Positions 1 to 12,204 of a stretch of 32,000 nt of DNA are shown here, one piece after another; the first letter of the stretch is position 1, and every line of letters starts with the position of its first letter. The stretch lies in contig NC_007181.1 in assembly GCF_000012285.1 (NCBI RefSeq), positions 1,380,001 to 1,412,000 on the forward strand. The letters run 5' to 3'. Both the position numbers and the translations under genes were made by a program. The notes beneath the pieces were generated by a model. That model ran no database searches. It was given only the letters and a program-made list of their open reading frames with translations, and was not told where the DNA came from. The DNA comes from Sulfolobus acidocaldarius DSM 639 (GTDB lineage Archaea; Thermoproteota; Thermoprotei_A; Sulfolobales; Sulfolobaceae).

Positions 1-1
1 T

Positions 2-338
2 ATTACAAGAGACATAATTCAAAATATTCAAATCAAAAATTTTGGAGAAATACAAGGCTTAACAGCTACTGATTTAGCTGAAGAAATGGCTATTTCCGGC
101 ATTCCCTATCGAAAAGCTTATATAGATGTGGCAAACAAAATTAAAGCGGGCACTTTCGTAGCTGGAATTTCTTACACAAAATCCATAGAAAATAAAAAGG
201 TAATTGGATCTCCAAATCCAAGTTTATTGACACAGGAAATTGAAATTAAAGAAAAGAGACTCAATAATCAACATGAAAAATTTAAGCAATATAAGGAAAG
301 TGTTATAGAAAAGATGGGTCAATTGGGAGTGATAGAAG

Positions 339-358
<20 letters not shown>
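2..358 (+). CDS. argH: argininosuccinate lyase, C-terminal fragment (5' part lies outside the window)
   Basis: Frame 2 is open from the window edge (ITRDIIQNIQIKNFGEIQGLTATDLAEEMAISGIPYRKAY...). The TATDLA...G-I/V-P-F/Y-R-x-A segment resembles the conserved C-terminal region of argininosuccinate lyases. The stop at 356-358 overlaps the carA start by 20 nt, and the gene sits beside carAB. Confidence 0.7.
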
Positions 359-1446
<1,088 letters not shown>

Positions 1447-1454
<8 letters not shown>

Positions 1455-4400
1455 GAACGTAAAAAGAGTTTTGGTAATTGGTTCAGGTCCAATAAAGATA
1501 GCTGAGGCAGCAGAATTCGATTACTCAGGAAGTCAAGCACTAAAGGCTCTGAAAGAAGAAGGAATTGAAACAATATTAGTAAACTCTAATGTCGCAACAG
1601 TCCAGACGAGTAGAAAGTTCGCAGATAAACTCTATATGATTCCTGTGACTTGGTGGACTGTAGAGAGGGTAATAGAGAAGGAGAGACCAGATGCGATAAT
1701 GATAGGTTTTGGCGGGCAAACAGCATTGAATGTCGGTGTAGATTTATACAAGAAAGAGATATTGAAAAAATATGGTGTAAAAGTTCTAGGTACACCTATA
1801 GAAGGTATAGAAAGAGCCTTGAGCAGAGAGAAATTCAGGGAAACAATGATTAACGTCAACCTACCTGTACCTCCTAGCCTTTCTGCAAGATCAGAGGAGG
1901 AGGCACTCGAGAAAGCAAGACAGATAGGCTATCCTGTAATGGTCAGGGTGAGCTTTAATTTAGGTGGAAGAGGTTCCACAGTAGCATGGAGTGAAGAAGA
2001 TCTGAAAAGAGATATCGGTAGGGCATTAAGCCAGAGTTATATTCATGAAGTCCTCATAGAGAAGTACTTACACCATTGGATTGAACTTGAGTATGAGGTA
2101 ATGAGAGATAAACACGGAAATTCAGCAGTCATAGCGTGTATAGAGAATCTAGATCCAATGGGAGTTCATACCGGTGAGTCAACAGTTATTGCACCATGCC
2201 AAACTTTGGATAATAAGGAGTTCCAGGACATGAGGAGTATGTCAATTGATGTGGCTAAATCTATCGATCTAGTAGGTGAGTGTAATGTTCAATTTGCACT
2301 GAATCCTTTAGCTTATGAATATTATATAATAGAGACTAATCCAAGAATGTCAAGATCTAGTGCTTTGGCTAGTAAAGCAACAGGTTATCCTCTAGCCTAT
2401 GTGTCAGCAAAACTAGCTTTAGGATATGAACTGTATGAGGTCTTAAACAAAGTTTCTGGATCAACTTGTGCATGTTTTGAGCCCAGTTTAGATTATGTGG
2501 TAATAAAGATACCTAGATGGGATCTTGATAAGTTCGAAAATGTCGAGCACTCTCTAGCAACTGAAATGAAGAGTGTAGGAGAGGTAATGAGTATAGGGAG
2601 GTCATTTGAAGAGGCTCTTCAGAAAGCCGTTAGAATGCTAGACTTAGGAGAGCCTGGAATAATTGGCGGAAAAGTGTATAATTCGAAGATGACTAAAATC
2701 GACTCATTAAGAATGTTAAAGGAGAGAAGACCATATTGGTTCCTCTATGCTTCAAAGGCTTTTAAAGAGGGTGCGACTATTGACGAAGTTTATGAAGTGA
2801 CTGGTATTAATAAGTTCTTCCTCAACAAAATAAAGAATTTAGTAGATTTCTATGAAAGCATAAAGAACAATAAGGGATTAGACCAGAAGACTCTGTCAAT
2901 TGCTAAACGTTTAGGCTTTAGTGATTATCAGATAGCTAGCGCGGTAGGTCTAAGTGAGAAGGATATCAGGGAACTAAGGCAAAAGTATGGAATTGAGCCT
3001 AAAGTTAAGCAAATAGATACTCTAGCTGGCGAATGGCCTGCAGTTACAAACTACCTGTACGTGACTTATAACGGAACTGAGGACGACATTGAATTTTCGA
3101 ACGGTATAAGAAAATTGCTTATCGTCGGCGCAGGTGGTTTTAGAATAGGTGTATCAGTTGAGTTTGATTGGGGTGTAGTTTCTCTACTAGACTCTGCCTC
3201 AAAGTATTTTGATGAAGTTACAATAATTAATTATAATCCTGAAACAGTCTCAACTGATTGGGATATCGCCAGGAAATTGTACTTTGATGAAATATCGGTG
3301 GAAAGGATTTTAGATCTTGTAAGGAAGGAGAAGTTTAACTATGTTGCGACATTCGCCGGAGGTCAGATAGGGAATACAATATCGAAGAAACTTGAAGAGA
3401 ATGGTGTCAAATTACTGGGTACCTCTGGACACAGTGTGGATATAGCTGAGGATAGAGAAAAGTTTTCAAGACTACTTGATAAGCTAGGCATAAAGCAGCC
3501 TGATTGGATATCTGCAAGATCAATTGAGGAGGTCAGGAAATTTGTAGAAATGGTTGGTTATCCAGTTTTGGTCAGACCAAGCTATGTCCTTAGCGGTTCG
3601 GCAATGAGAATAGTTTACAATGACACAGAATTAGTATCTTACATAAAGAAAGCCACAGAGATCTCTTCAGAACATCCTGTGGTAGTATCTAAATACATTG
3701 ATAATGCAATAGAAGCTGAGATAGATGGTGCTTCTGATGGTAGAGGTGTTTATGGTGTTGTACTTGAGCATGTAGAGGAGGCAGGAGTGCATAGCGGCGA
3801 TGCAACTATTAGTATACCATTTAAGAAGCTGAGTCCTGAAACGGTTCATAAAATGAAGGAGTCAATTCACTCAATTTCTCGTGAACTGAATATTAAGGGT
3901 CCATTTAATGTCCAATTCGTAGTTAAGAACGGAACTCCTTACATTATTGAGATGAACCTCAGAGCTAGTAGATCTATGCCATTCAGTAGTAAGGTAGTTG
4001 GGAAGAACATAATTGACCTCGCTCTTACAGGCGTGATAAAGGGATTTGACTTTGACGAGTTTGTTGAACTTAAGGCAAAATCATGGGGAGTCAAATCAGC
4101 TCAATTCTCATGGGCGCAGTTGAAGGGCGCATATCCCTTCTTAGGTCCTGAGATGAGAAGCACTGGAGAAGCTGCATCGTTGGGTGTAGATTTCTATGAT
4201 GCATTATTGAAGAGCTGGCTGTCCTCGTCTCCAAATAGATTACCTGATCAAAAAGGTATTGCCCTAGTTTATGGAAGATCGAATGTGGAGTATTTACAAG
4301 CGTCTGCAAGAAACCTATCTGAATACGGCATGACGGTCTATACTCTCTCTGATGCTCCCATCTATGGTTATGAAGTTACAAGTAGTGGTAAAAGCGTAGA

Positions 4401-4605
4401 ACTAATTAAAGACAGAAAAGTTGAAATAGTTGTAACCGATGGATATCTTAAAAGCTTAGATTATGAGGTGAGGCGTATTGCCGTTGATTATAACGTACCT
4501 ATAATATTAAATGGTAGGTTAGGTGAGGAGTTAACAAAGGCATTCTTATTAAGAAAAAGTAACATGACTTTCTATGAAATAGGTGAGTATGGGGCAGGTA
4601 TATGA
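1447..4605 (+). CDS. carB: carbamoyl-phosphate synthase large subunit
   Basis: 1052 aa with two internally duplicated ATP-grasp halves ([24 protein letters not shown]... and [19 protein letters not shown]...). The [24 protein letters not shown] and [14 protein letters not shown] motifs are typical of CarB. Confidence 0.97.
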
Positions 4606-5450
4606 GAGTAGCACTTGTCGTTGACATAGTAAGACAAGAGGAAAAACTAATTGCTAAAGCACTGGAAAAATTTCAATTACAATATGATGTAATTAATGTG
4701 GCACAAGAGCCCTTACCTTTTAACAAAGCCTTAGGAAGATATGATGTGGCAATCATAAGACCTATAAGTATGTATAGGGCACTCTACGCATCAGCAGTTT
4801 TGGAATCAGCTGGTGTTCACACCATAAACTCAAGTGATACTATTAGTTTATGTGGAGACAAGATTTTAACATACTCAAAGCTGTATAGAGAGGGCATACC
4901 AATACCTGACTCTATAATTGCCATGTCATCAGATGCTGCATTAAAAGCCTATGAACAAAAAGGATTTCCACTGATAGATAAACCACCAATAGGTAGCTGG
5001 GGAAGACTAGTATCTCTCATAAGGGACATTTTCGAAGGTAAAACCATAATTGAACATAGGGAGTTGATGGGCAACTCTGCTCTTAAAGTTCACATAGTTC
5101 AGGAGTACATTAACTACAAAAGCAGGGACATAAGGTGTATTGTGATAGGTAGTGAGCTTCTAGGTTGTTACGCTAGGAATATACCTTCTAACGAATGGAG
5201 AGCAAATATTGCTTTAGGCGGTTATCCATCGCAGATAGAGGTAGACCATAAACTAAAAGAGACTGTATTAAAGGCTACGAGTATTATAGGTGGAGAGTTC
5301 GTATCCATAGATGTAATGGAGCACCAATCTAAAAATTACGTTATAAACGAGTTTAATGACGTTCCAGAGTTCAAAGGATTTATGTTGGCTACCAATATTG
5401 ATGTAGCGGAAGAGCTAGTGAGCTATGTGAAAAATAATTACCTCAGGTAA
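4602..5450 (+). CDS. argX: RimK/LysX-family ATP-grasp ligase, probably glutamate--LysW ligase ArgX
   Basis: 282 aa with an ATP-grasp fold ([23 protein letters not shown]). An ATGA start/stop overlap links it to carB. The ArgX rather than LysX call rests only on its position at the end of the argH-carAB block, so the symbol is tentative. Confidence 0.75.
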   Translation: MRVALVVDIVRQEEKLIAKALEKFQLQYDVINVAQEPLPFNKALGRYDVAIIRPISMYRALYASAVLESAGVHTINSSDTISLCGDKILTYSKLYREGIPIPDSIIAMSSDAALKAYEQKGFPLIDKPPIGSWGRLVSLIRDIFEGKTIIEHRELMGNSALKVHIVQEYINYKSRDIRCIVIGSELLGCYARNIPSNEWRANIALGGYPSQIEVDHKLKETVLKATSIIGGEFVSIDVMEHQSKNYVINEFNDVPEFKGFMLATNIDVAEELVSYVKNNYLR

Positions 5451-6025
5451 GCCAAAAATATATCATGATGTGTTTCCTCTAAAACTCTCCTCATTGCATC
5501 TATTTTTTGCCTCAAATTAGGAACCAGAGCTTTGGGATACTCCAACTCCCATAACAACTCATATAATTCCTCCATCATTTGGTAAGTCTTTTCTGCTTCT
5601 TCCAGCTCTTTCTTCCTTAAGTGTTCTAATGTTTTTCTTCTTAGCTCTCCTATAGCGTCCGCTATACCTAAGATGTAAAAAGCGTCTGGTATTCCTAAAT
5701 CTGTAGCTATTAGTAAATTCTGATTAAAATATATGGATATCACGATTGTTGCCTCTGCAACTTCCTGGAAAGCAGTAGCTATTTCGCCATAAAGTAATTC
5801 TGGGTATTTTTCTATTAGCTTTTTCAAATTGTCCAGTTTTTCCAATGCCAGTTTGTACTTGTTTAATGCCTCGTCTTTTCGGAATCTATGTGATAGAGAT
5901 ATTGCCTCTCCTGCGTATCTAATGATCTCCCTTGATATCGAAAATGCTTTTTCCCTAGCATCAAATCTATCCTGTAACTTAGGTACCACAGTTGTTATGT
6001 AAGTCTTTAAGGTTTCTGTTACCAT
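5438..6025 (-). CDS. translin-family protein
   Basis: 195 aa, all-helical, with a pattern resembling archaeal translin-like proteins ([19 protein letters not shown]...[11 protein letters not shown]). It overlaps the argX 3' end convergently by 13 nt. Confidence 0.6.
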   Translation of the reverse strand: MVTETLKTYITTVVPKLQDRFDAREKAFSISREIIRYAGEAISLSHRFRKDEALNKYKLALEKLDNLKKLIEKYPELLYGEIATAFQEVAEATIVISIYFNQNLLIATDLGIPDAFYILGIADAIGELRRKTLEHLRKKELEEAEKTYQMMEELYELLWELEYPKALVPNLRQKIDAMRRVLEETHHDIFLAYLR

Positions 6026-6043
6026 AGGATTAAAATGTCAGTA

Positions 6044-6058
6044 ATAGTATATATAGTA
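6044..6058 (-). promoter_or_regulatory. TATA box candidate for the translin-like gene (leaderless geometry)
   Basis: The minus strand reads TACTATATATAC, centred about 27 nt upstream of the ATG at 6025. Confidence 0.4.
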
Positions 6059-6083
6059 AATGAGACGTTTTAATTGTAATCCA

Positions 6084-6097
6084 AAAAATACTTATAC
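6084..6097 (+). promoter_or_regulatory. BRE/TATA candidate for the 3-hydroxyacyl-CoA dehydrogenase gene
   Basis: AAAAAATACTTATAC has its TATA-like core centred about 26-27 nt upstream of the ATG at 6119. Confidence 0.35.
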
Positions 6098-6118
6098 TTT
6101 TTATACTTTTAAAGTAAT

Positions 6119-7081
6119 ATGAGACAAGTAAATGTAGTTTCTATTGTAGGAGCGGGAATTATTGGAGCAGGTTGGAGTACCTTATTAGCTGTCCATGGAT
6201 ATAGAAATATCTTTTACACGGAGAAGAAGGAGACCTTAGATAAAGGAATACTCAAAATTAAGGGTTATCTTCAAGTTATGCATGAATATAAGCTGGCGGA
6301 TAAGAGCCCAGAGGAGTACATGAAATTGATAACTCCTACTACCGATTTTAATGATGTTCTGAAAGGGGATTTCATAATTGAGGCTGTTATTGAAGATTAT
6401 GGAGTTAAGAAGAAAGTGTTCGGTGAATTGGATGAGAGACTTGATAAAGATGTAATCATAGCCAGTAGCACCTCAGGGTTACTAATCTCTGAGATCCAAA
6501 AGTCCATGTCAAGACATCCAGAAAGGGCCATTATTGCGCATCCTTGGAACCCTCCCCATCTTCTCCCTCTTGTAGAAATAGTGCCTGGTGAAAAGACTTC
6601 AGAGGAAGTCATACAATCTACGAGAGAATTCATGGAAGACAAACTGAAAAGGGTAGTCGTCGTTCTCAAGAAAGAAGTTCCAGGATTTATTGGAAATAGG
6701 CTTGCATTTGCTCTATTTAGAGAAGCTGTGCATCTTATTGACGAGGGAGTTGCAACTGTAGAGGATATTGATAAAGTTGTAACTGCCGCTATTGGACTTA
6801 GATGGGTATTTATGGGACCCTTCCTAACGTATCACTTAGGTGGAGGAGAGGGTGGATTAGAGTACTTTTTCAGCAGAGGATTTGGTTATGGTGCAAATGA
6901 ATGGATGTATACCCTTGCAAAATACGATAAGTTTCCTTACACAGGAGTTATTAAAGCTGTAAACCAAATGAAAGAGTACCAGTTCATAAAAGGTAAAAGC
7001 TTTCAGGAACTATCAAAATGGAGAGATGAAAACTTGATAAATGTCTTAAGATTTTTAAAGGAGAAAGGAGCAAAAAAATAG
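6119..7081 (+). CDS. 3-hydroxyacyl-CoA dehydrogenase family protein (lambda-crystallin / L-carnitine dehydrogenase-like)
   Basis: 320 aa. The N-terminal Rossmann motif is [13 protein letters not shown]. The [15 protein letters not shown] and GFIGNRL motifs are typical of the 3HCDH family. Confidence 0.85.
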   Translation: MRQVNVVSIVGAGIIGAGWSTLLAVHGYRNIFYTEKKETLDKGILKIKGYLQVMHEYKLADKSPEEYMKLITPTTDFNDVLKGDFIIEAVIEDYGVKKKVFGELDERLDKDVIIASSTSGLLISEIQKSMSRHPERAIIAHPWNPPHLLPLVEIVPGEKTSEEVIQSTREFMEDKLKRVVVVLKKEVPGFIGNRLAFALFREAVHLIDEGVATVEDIDKVVTAAIGLRWVFMGPFLTYHLGGGEGGLEYFFSRGFGYGANEWMYTLAKYDKFPYTGVIKAVNQMKEYQFIKGKSFQELSKWRDENLINVLRFLKEKGAKK

Positions 7082-7131
7082 AACAAATCTTATTTTATGT
7101 ATGAATTTTCATCTAGAGAATTAAGTGTAGT

Positions 7132-7698
7132 TTACGTGTTATTTTCACTCTCTTCTTTGAACTCTAATATACCTAAACTCTCTAACAATCCTGAGTCTGT
7201 TACATCAAATAATATCGACTCGGTATCCGATGTATTGACATGGTAATGAGGTAGGTTTGCCGGTACTACAAATACATCTCCATTTTCCCATTCTACCTTC
7301 TTTCCACCTATTATACTGTAACCTTTTCCTCTCACCACTAAATAAATTGACGCCATATTGTGTGAATGCGGTTGTGTTTTTGAACCTGGTTTTAGATACT
7401 GAAATCCTGCCATCATTGTCGGAGTTAATCCTTTTGCCCTCCCAGTGGTAGGGGATTGGAACATAACTTTTGCTACACCTTTTTCTATCGGATTATCATC
7501 AGCCAGTAGTCTTAGTAGTTCAAGAACTTTATGAAACTTTATTATTTTGGGTTTAATAGTTTCTGGTGGGCTCGTATGTTCCATAAAGGCGACTACTTTA
7601 AGATCCTCATCACTTTGTTCTATTTCCCTTATCACATTCTTAATCTTATCGGTTATAATTTCAGACTGTTTATCGATTCGTTGTATATCTTTAGGCAT
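7132..7698 (-). CDS. cupin-domain protein
   Basis: 188 aa. The cupin motifs are [17 protein letters not shown] ... [16 protein letters not shown] (two His-containing beta-barrel motifs). Confidence 0.7.
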   Translation of the reverse strand: MPKDIQRIDKQSEIITDKIKNVIREIEQSDEDLKVVAFMEHTSPPETIKPKIIKFHKVLELLRLLADDNPIEKGVAKVMFQSPTTGRAKGLTPTMMAGFQYLKPGSKTQPHSHNMASIYLVVRGKGYSIIGGKKVEWENGDVFVVPANLPHYHVNTSDTESILFDVTDSGLLESLGILEFKEESENNT

Positions 7699-7701
7699 AT
7701 G

Positions 7702-7709
7702 TTTATATT
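7702..7709 (+). promoter_or_regulatory. TATA box candidate for the small Cys-rich ORF
   Basis: TTTATATT lies about 33 nt upstream of the GTG at 7739, which implies a very short leader. Confidence 0.3.
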
Positions 7710-7719
7710 GTATAAGTAG

Positions 7720-7727
7720 TTTAAAAA
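7720..7727 (-). promoter_or_regulatory. TATA box candidate for the cupin gene
   Basis: The minus strand reads TTTTTAAA, centred about 25-26 nt upstream of the ATG at 7698. Confidence 0.4.
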
Positions 7728-7738
7728 GGTGACTATAA

Positions 7739-7924
7739 GTGGATTGTTACGTATATTACGAAAATAGGAAGTGTGTAGAAATTTGTGGTAAGGTCGTTTG
7801 CGATAAAGCTACTGTAGAAGATTACGGGTCTATTTGTGAAAAGTGTGCAAATGGGGACAAGAAGAGTTGTATAGAGTTATATAATAGATTTGGTTGTTGG
7901 AGCATAACAGGTTGGTGGCTTTAG
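7739..7924 (+). CDS. small cysteine-rich protein (61 aa, 8 Cys), hypothetical
   Basis: GTG start. The Cys spacing is C-x8-C-x3-C-x4-C-x11-C-x2-C-x7-C-x8-C, with a Trp-rich C-terminus ([10 protein letters not shown]). It occupies an otherwise empty gap and has its own TATA-like element. I recognise no family. Confidence 0.4.
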   Translation: MDCYVYYENRKCVEICGKVVCDKATVEDYGSICEKCANGDKKSCIELYNRFGCWSITGWWL

Positions 7925-8493
7925 TGGACTGGAGATCCCAAAGTTTTCGTTAGAACTATGGAAAGTGCTGCAGTTACTAAACCTGCTATTAGCATTATTA
8001 TTGCTGTGTTTATCCTTTCCTTGATTTCTCCGCTGTAAATGGATCCTAAAATCGATAAAATCAGAGAAGACAGAAATATGGTTATCCACATATTCTCAGA
8101 GAAGTAGTAAAATACTATTATTACGATACCGATGAAAGGAGATAAACCGTGTACTAGTGTGTTCAGAAATATACCTATTTTTTGCGAATAATCTATGATA
8201 GTTCCCTTAAGGCTTTTCAGTATTTGTCTCTCTAGGTTTCTCAGTTCTAATTCTTTTTCCTTGATTTCTACAACTAAGGTATTACATAAAGACGACATGG
8301 CTACACCTATTAGCCCTGACATTATACCCAAAAGTATAGTGTTGAAATTAGCCTCAACTATGACAGTTGATACTAGTATACTCAAACCAACAAGAATACC
8401 GTCAAATGCACCAAGAATTAGGTACCTCCTGAGTAGTGGTAAGTTATCTCGAATAGCAATCTTAAAGGCTTCAAGTAAAAGCTTACTTGACAC
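7921..8493 (-). CDS. VIT1/CCC1-family membrane protein (short form)
   Basis: 190 aa. LGAFDGILVGLSILV resembles the VIT-family G-x-x-DG signature. There are several hydrophobic segments separated by a charged helix (EIKEKELELRNLERQ). Confidence 0.6.
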   Translation of the reverse strand: MSSKLLLEAFKIAIRDNLPLLRRYLILGAFDGILVGLSILVSTVIVEANFNTILLGIMSGLIGVAMSSLCNTLVVEIKEKELELRNLERQILKSLKGTIIDYSQKIGIFLNTLVHGLSPFIGIVIIVFYYFSENMWITIFLSSLILSILGSIYSGEIKERINTAIIMLIAGLVTAALSIVLTKTLGSPVH

Positions 8494-8544
8494 AGGGTAT
8501 TTTAGAATGAACTTATATATTACTATTATTATAATAACGTGACT

Positions 8545-8934
8545 ATGAATAAGAGGCTTTATCTAGTCCTAGCGATAATTGTTATACTTATAACTGCGGT
8601 TGGTGTATACGCTTCGGAAAGTTCATACAAGACAACAATTCAAGTCAACAATTTAGGTGGTTCTACTGTTGACGGAAAGTACGTGCTTGAAGTCCAGGTT
8701 ATAGTTAATTACGGTCCATTTGGTGGGTCACAGCCATTGGCATCTGCACCTATATGGTTATACTACAATGGAAAATATCTAAATCAGACCTCCACAAATA
8801 ATCAGGGAATAGCTATATTCTATGTTCAGCCAGGCAACTATACAGTATTCTTCACAACATTTAAACTCACAAAGAGTATAACTGTTAATGGGAACACTGA
8901 GGTCACTTTAAATTATGCTTATCTAAAGGTATAA
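8545..8934 (+). CDS. secreted or membrane-anchored hypothetical protein with an all-beta domain
   Basis: The N-terminal hydrophobic signal/anchor is MNKRLYLVLAIIVILITAVGVYA. It is followed by a beta-rich domain (NNQGIAIFYVQPGNYTVFF) reminiscent of carboxypeptidase-regulatory-like folds. The ATG at 8545 is preferred over the GTG at 8539. Confidence 0.55.
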   Translation: MNKRLYLVLAIIVILITAVGVYASESSYKTTIQVNNLGGSTVDGKYVLEVQVIVNYGPFGGSQPLASAPIWLYYNGKYLNQTSTNNQGIAIFYVQPGNYTVFFTTFKLTKSITVNGNTEVTLNYAYLKV

Positions 8935-8983
8935 TGATGAACGCGGAGTACGACTGAGGTATGATGTAGTGGTCCTCGGCTGA
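8934..8983 (+). ncRNA. C/D box sRNA (2'-O-methylation guide)
   Basis: The architecture is canonical: C box AUGAUGA (8934-8940), 13-nt guide ACGCGGAGUACGA, D' box CUGA (8954-8957), 3-nt spacer GGU, C' box AUGAUGU (8961-8967), 12-nt guide AGUGGUCCUCGG, D box CUGA (8980-8983). A T5 run follows at 8989-8993. Total length is 50 nt. Confidence 0.8.
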
Positions 8984-9017
8984 GAAAATTTTTACCCCCG
9001 ATAGAGAATTTAATATT

Positions 9018-9506
9018 ATGAGTGTCAAAATTGATGTTGTAAGGGTGGAAATACCTGAGGGAACTAACGTAATAATAGGGCAATCCCATTTTATAAAGAC
9101 AGTAGAAGACCTATATGAGGCACTAGCGTCGTCCAGCACTTCAATAAAATTTGGAATCGCTTTCTGCGAAGCCAGTGGAAAAAGATTAGTGAGATGGGAT
9201 GGTAATGATGAAGAGCTGATAAAAATAGCACAAAAAACTGCTTTAGCAATTGGAGCAGGTCATACTTTCATAGTCTATTTGAAAAATGGTTTTCCCATAA
9301 ACGTGCTTAATAGGATAAAGAGTGTCGAAGAAGTTGTCAGAATATTTGCGGCAACTGCTAATCCTTTACAAGTTCTAGTAGCCCAAACAGACCAGGGAAG
9401 AGGTATAATAGGTGTCGTGGATGGGTTCACTCCGTTAGGAGTTGAGGGTGATGCTGAAATAAAAGAAAGGAAGGAGTTCCTCAGGAAGATCGGATATAAG
9501 AGATAA
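9018..9506 (+). CDS. adenosine-specific kinase family protein (PF04008/DUF355-like)
   Basis: 162 aa. [16 protein letters not shown] and the length and organisation match my recollection of this archaeal family. AAAATTTTTA at 8985-8994 sits about 28 nt upstream of the ATG as a TATA candidate. Confidence 0.65.
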   Translation: MSVKIDVVRVEIPEGTNVIIGQSHFIKTVEDLYEALASSSTSIKFGIAFCEASGKRLVRWDGNDEELIKIAQKTALAIGAGHTFIVYLKNGFPINVLNRIKSVEEVVRIFAATANPLQVLVAQTDQGRGIIGVVDGFTPLGVEGDAEIKERKEFLRKIGYKR

Positions 9507-9803
9507 TGCCTTATTCATGAGGTCGTCAGAGACCTGTATTTGTCCCTTACAGTATTTAACCATTGAGGCGCAGATCAAAATTAAGGCTTGTAGGTATTTT
9601 TTCCTCTGTGGATCTGTCTCAACTCTCCATAATTTCTCTAGACTTTCATGTGTTTCCCAAAACTTAAAGTCATAGAATAGATCTTGAAATTTACAGTTAT
9701 CACAATCTGTAGAGATTGGTGGACCTAACATCTCTACGACCTTTTCGTCATAAAAGAAATCAATCTCTAGGTATTTGCATACTCTTACATCTACTACATT
9801 CAC
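9435..9803 (-). CDS. DUF309-domain protein
   Basis: 122 aa. [12 protein letters not shown] ... [13 protein letters not shown] resembles the DUF309 signature (F-W-E-x-H-E-x-x-E-x-x-W). Confidence 0.55.
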   Translation of the reverse strand: MNVVDVRVCKYLEIDFFYDEKVVEMLGPPISTDCDNCKFQDLFYDFKFWETHESLEKLWRVETDPQRKKYLQALILICASMVKYCKGQIQVSDDLMNKALSLISDLPEELLPFFYFSITLNS

Positions 9804-9909
9804 TCCCTTTTCTCGGAGTTCTTCCTTTAAATTTTCTCTATATAAAGATTTTGGATAGTAATAAATTACCCTTTTCGTAGATACTAATTGAATTTTGAGG
9901 TTTAAAAAA

Positions 9910-10257
9910 ATGTTTAGGAAGTTTTATGAGCAATCAAAGGAGACTGAGTACGAAGTGGAACAGCCTGTATCATCCAATGAGATTTCAAAACTTGCCTTAA
10001 AGGTCTTAAATGAGAGAGCTGAGGTTGTTGACGTTTACCTTGAGATAGTGGAAGTACAAGATAAGGGCAAAGAATACTCAACGGTCGTCGTTGACCAATA
10101 TTTAGACGACGGATCAAACTTAGTGTATCTAATATACAGTTCGGAGTACATTGACGAGATGAAATGGAGTATTCTAAAGGATGAAATTAAGAAATCCTAC
10201 ATGAAGAAGTATAATGTTTGTGATGAAGATATTTTTTACATCTCATTTTGTAGATGA
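9910..10257 (+). CDS. hypothetical protein
   Basis: The ORF has plausible coding composition and I recognise no family. The ATG at 9910 is preferred over the TTG at 9895. Confidence 0.4.
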   Translation: MFRKFYEQSKETEYEVEQPVSSNEISKLALKVLNERAEVVDVYLEIVEVQDKGKEYSTVVVDQYLDDGSNLVYLIYSSEYIDEMKWSILKDEIKKSYMKKYNVCDEDIFYISFCR

Positions 10258-10289
10258 GGTTTTTTACTTCAGTGACTAATAATTAAATT

Positions 10290-11345
10290 GTGGTAAAGGA
10301 GGCAAGTTTATATAAATTTGAGAGTGGTAGAATAAGATGCCTAGCATGTGCTAGGAAGTGCCTGATTGGGGAAAATCAGGTGGGTTTTTGTGGTATTAGA
10401 TCTGTGAAAGGGGGAAAATTGTATTTAGATGTCTATGGAAAAGTGGCTGCAGCCCATATAGATCCCATAGAGAAAAAGCCTTTAGTTCATTTCTATCCTG
10501 GGTCAAAAGTATTTTCATTCTCAACTTTTGGTTGCAATTGGATGTGTATGTATTGCCAGAACTATGATATAAGCCAGAGGAGAAGAGCAGAGGGAACAGA
10601 GATCTCCCCTGAAGAAATAGTTGAGATGGCACTAGCTTATGAAAGTGAGGGAATTACGTATACCTATAACGAACCAGCAATATTTGCAGAGTTTGCTCAT
10701 GATACGGGTGTTATAGCTAGAAAGCATGGGCTATTTAACACAATGGTCACTAATGGTTATTGGAGTATTGAATTGGTGGATTATGTTAAAGATTTCCTTA
10801 ATGCAGTTACTGTTGACTTTAAGGGTAATGGCGAGGAAAAGTTTATGAAGAGGTACACTGGTGCTACAGGTCCTGAGCCAATACTCGAGACTATTAGAGA
10901 GCTTAGTAAAAGAGGAATACACGTGGAGATAACTGACCTAATAATCCCTGAGATAGGGGACAACCTGGAATCTGCCAAAATTCTCCTGAAAAAGATTTAT
11001 GATATTTTAGGTCCAGACATACCTATTCATTTTCTTAGGTTTCATCCTGATTACAAACTAGATTACCTACCATGGACTCCTGTAAAGACATTGGAGGCTC
11101 ATTACAAAGTTGCAAAAGAGTTTGGGTTTAACTTCGCTTACCTAGGAAATGTTCCAGGTCATCCTTATGAGAATACCTATTGCCCAAATTGCGGTAAGAT
11201 GGTTATTAGGAGATACGGTTTCAGGATATTAGAGTGGCATTTGAAGGAAGATATGAGATGTAAGTATTGTGGATATAAGTTACCAATAGAAGGAAAACTA
11301 TCTAAGCATGCATTTGACGAGAGATTTGAGTCAGTTTTCCTGTAA
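10290..11345 (+). CDS. AmmeMemoRadiSam-system-type radical SAM enzyme (PFL-activase-like)
   Basis: 351 aa. The radical SAM motif is CNWMCMYC (CxxxCxxC). The N-terminal Cys cluster is [24 protein letters not shown]-terminal CxxC...CxxC ribbon reads CPNCGK...CKYCGY. Confidence 0.8.
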   Translation: MVKEASLYKFESGRIRCLACARKCLIGENQVGFCGIRSVKGGKLYLDVYGKVAAAHIDPIEKKPLVHFYPGSKVFSFSTFGCNWMCMYCQNYDISQRRRAEGTEISPEEIVEMALAYESEGITYTYNEPAIFAEFAHDTGVIARKHGLFNTMVTNGYWSIELVDYVKDFLNAVTVDFKGNGEEKFMKRYTGATGPEPILETIRELSKRGIHVEITDLIIPEIGDNLESAKILLKKIYDILGPDIPIHFLRFHPDYKLDYLPWTPVKTLEAHYKVAKEFGFNFAYLGNVPGHPYENTYCPNCGKMVIRRYGFRILEWHLKEDMRCKYCGYKLPIEGKLSKHAFDERFESVFL

Positions 11346-11347
11346 TT

Positions 11348-12142
<795 letters not shown>

Positions 12143-12204
12143 TTAAAAAACCCTCACTACAACTTTTGATAATACTTTTTAGGTGGAAAAAGTAAAAGAT
12201 ATGT

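Noticed and set aside
8195-8542. 115-aa plus-strand ORF
   Set aside because: It is fully antisense to the VIT-like membrane protein gene (7921..8493). Its composition is the mirror of a hydrophobic protein and it has no motifs.
10220-10275. C-box-like GTGATGA at 10220-10226 near the 3' end of the hypothetical gene
   Set aside because: No D' or D (CTGA) box occurs at the required 12-nt or roughly 50-nt spacing. The nearest similar motif is CAGTGA.
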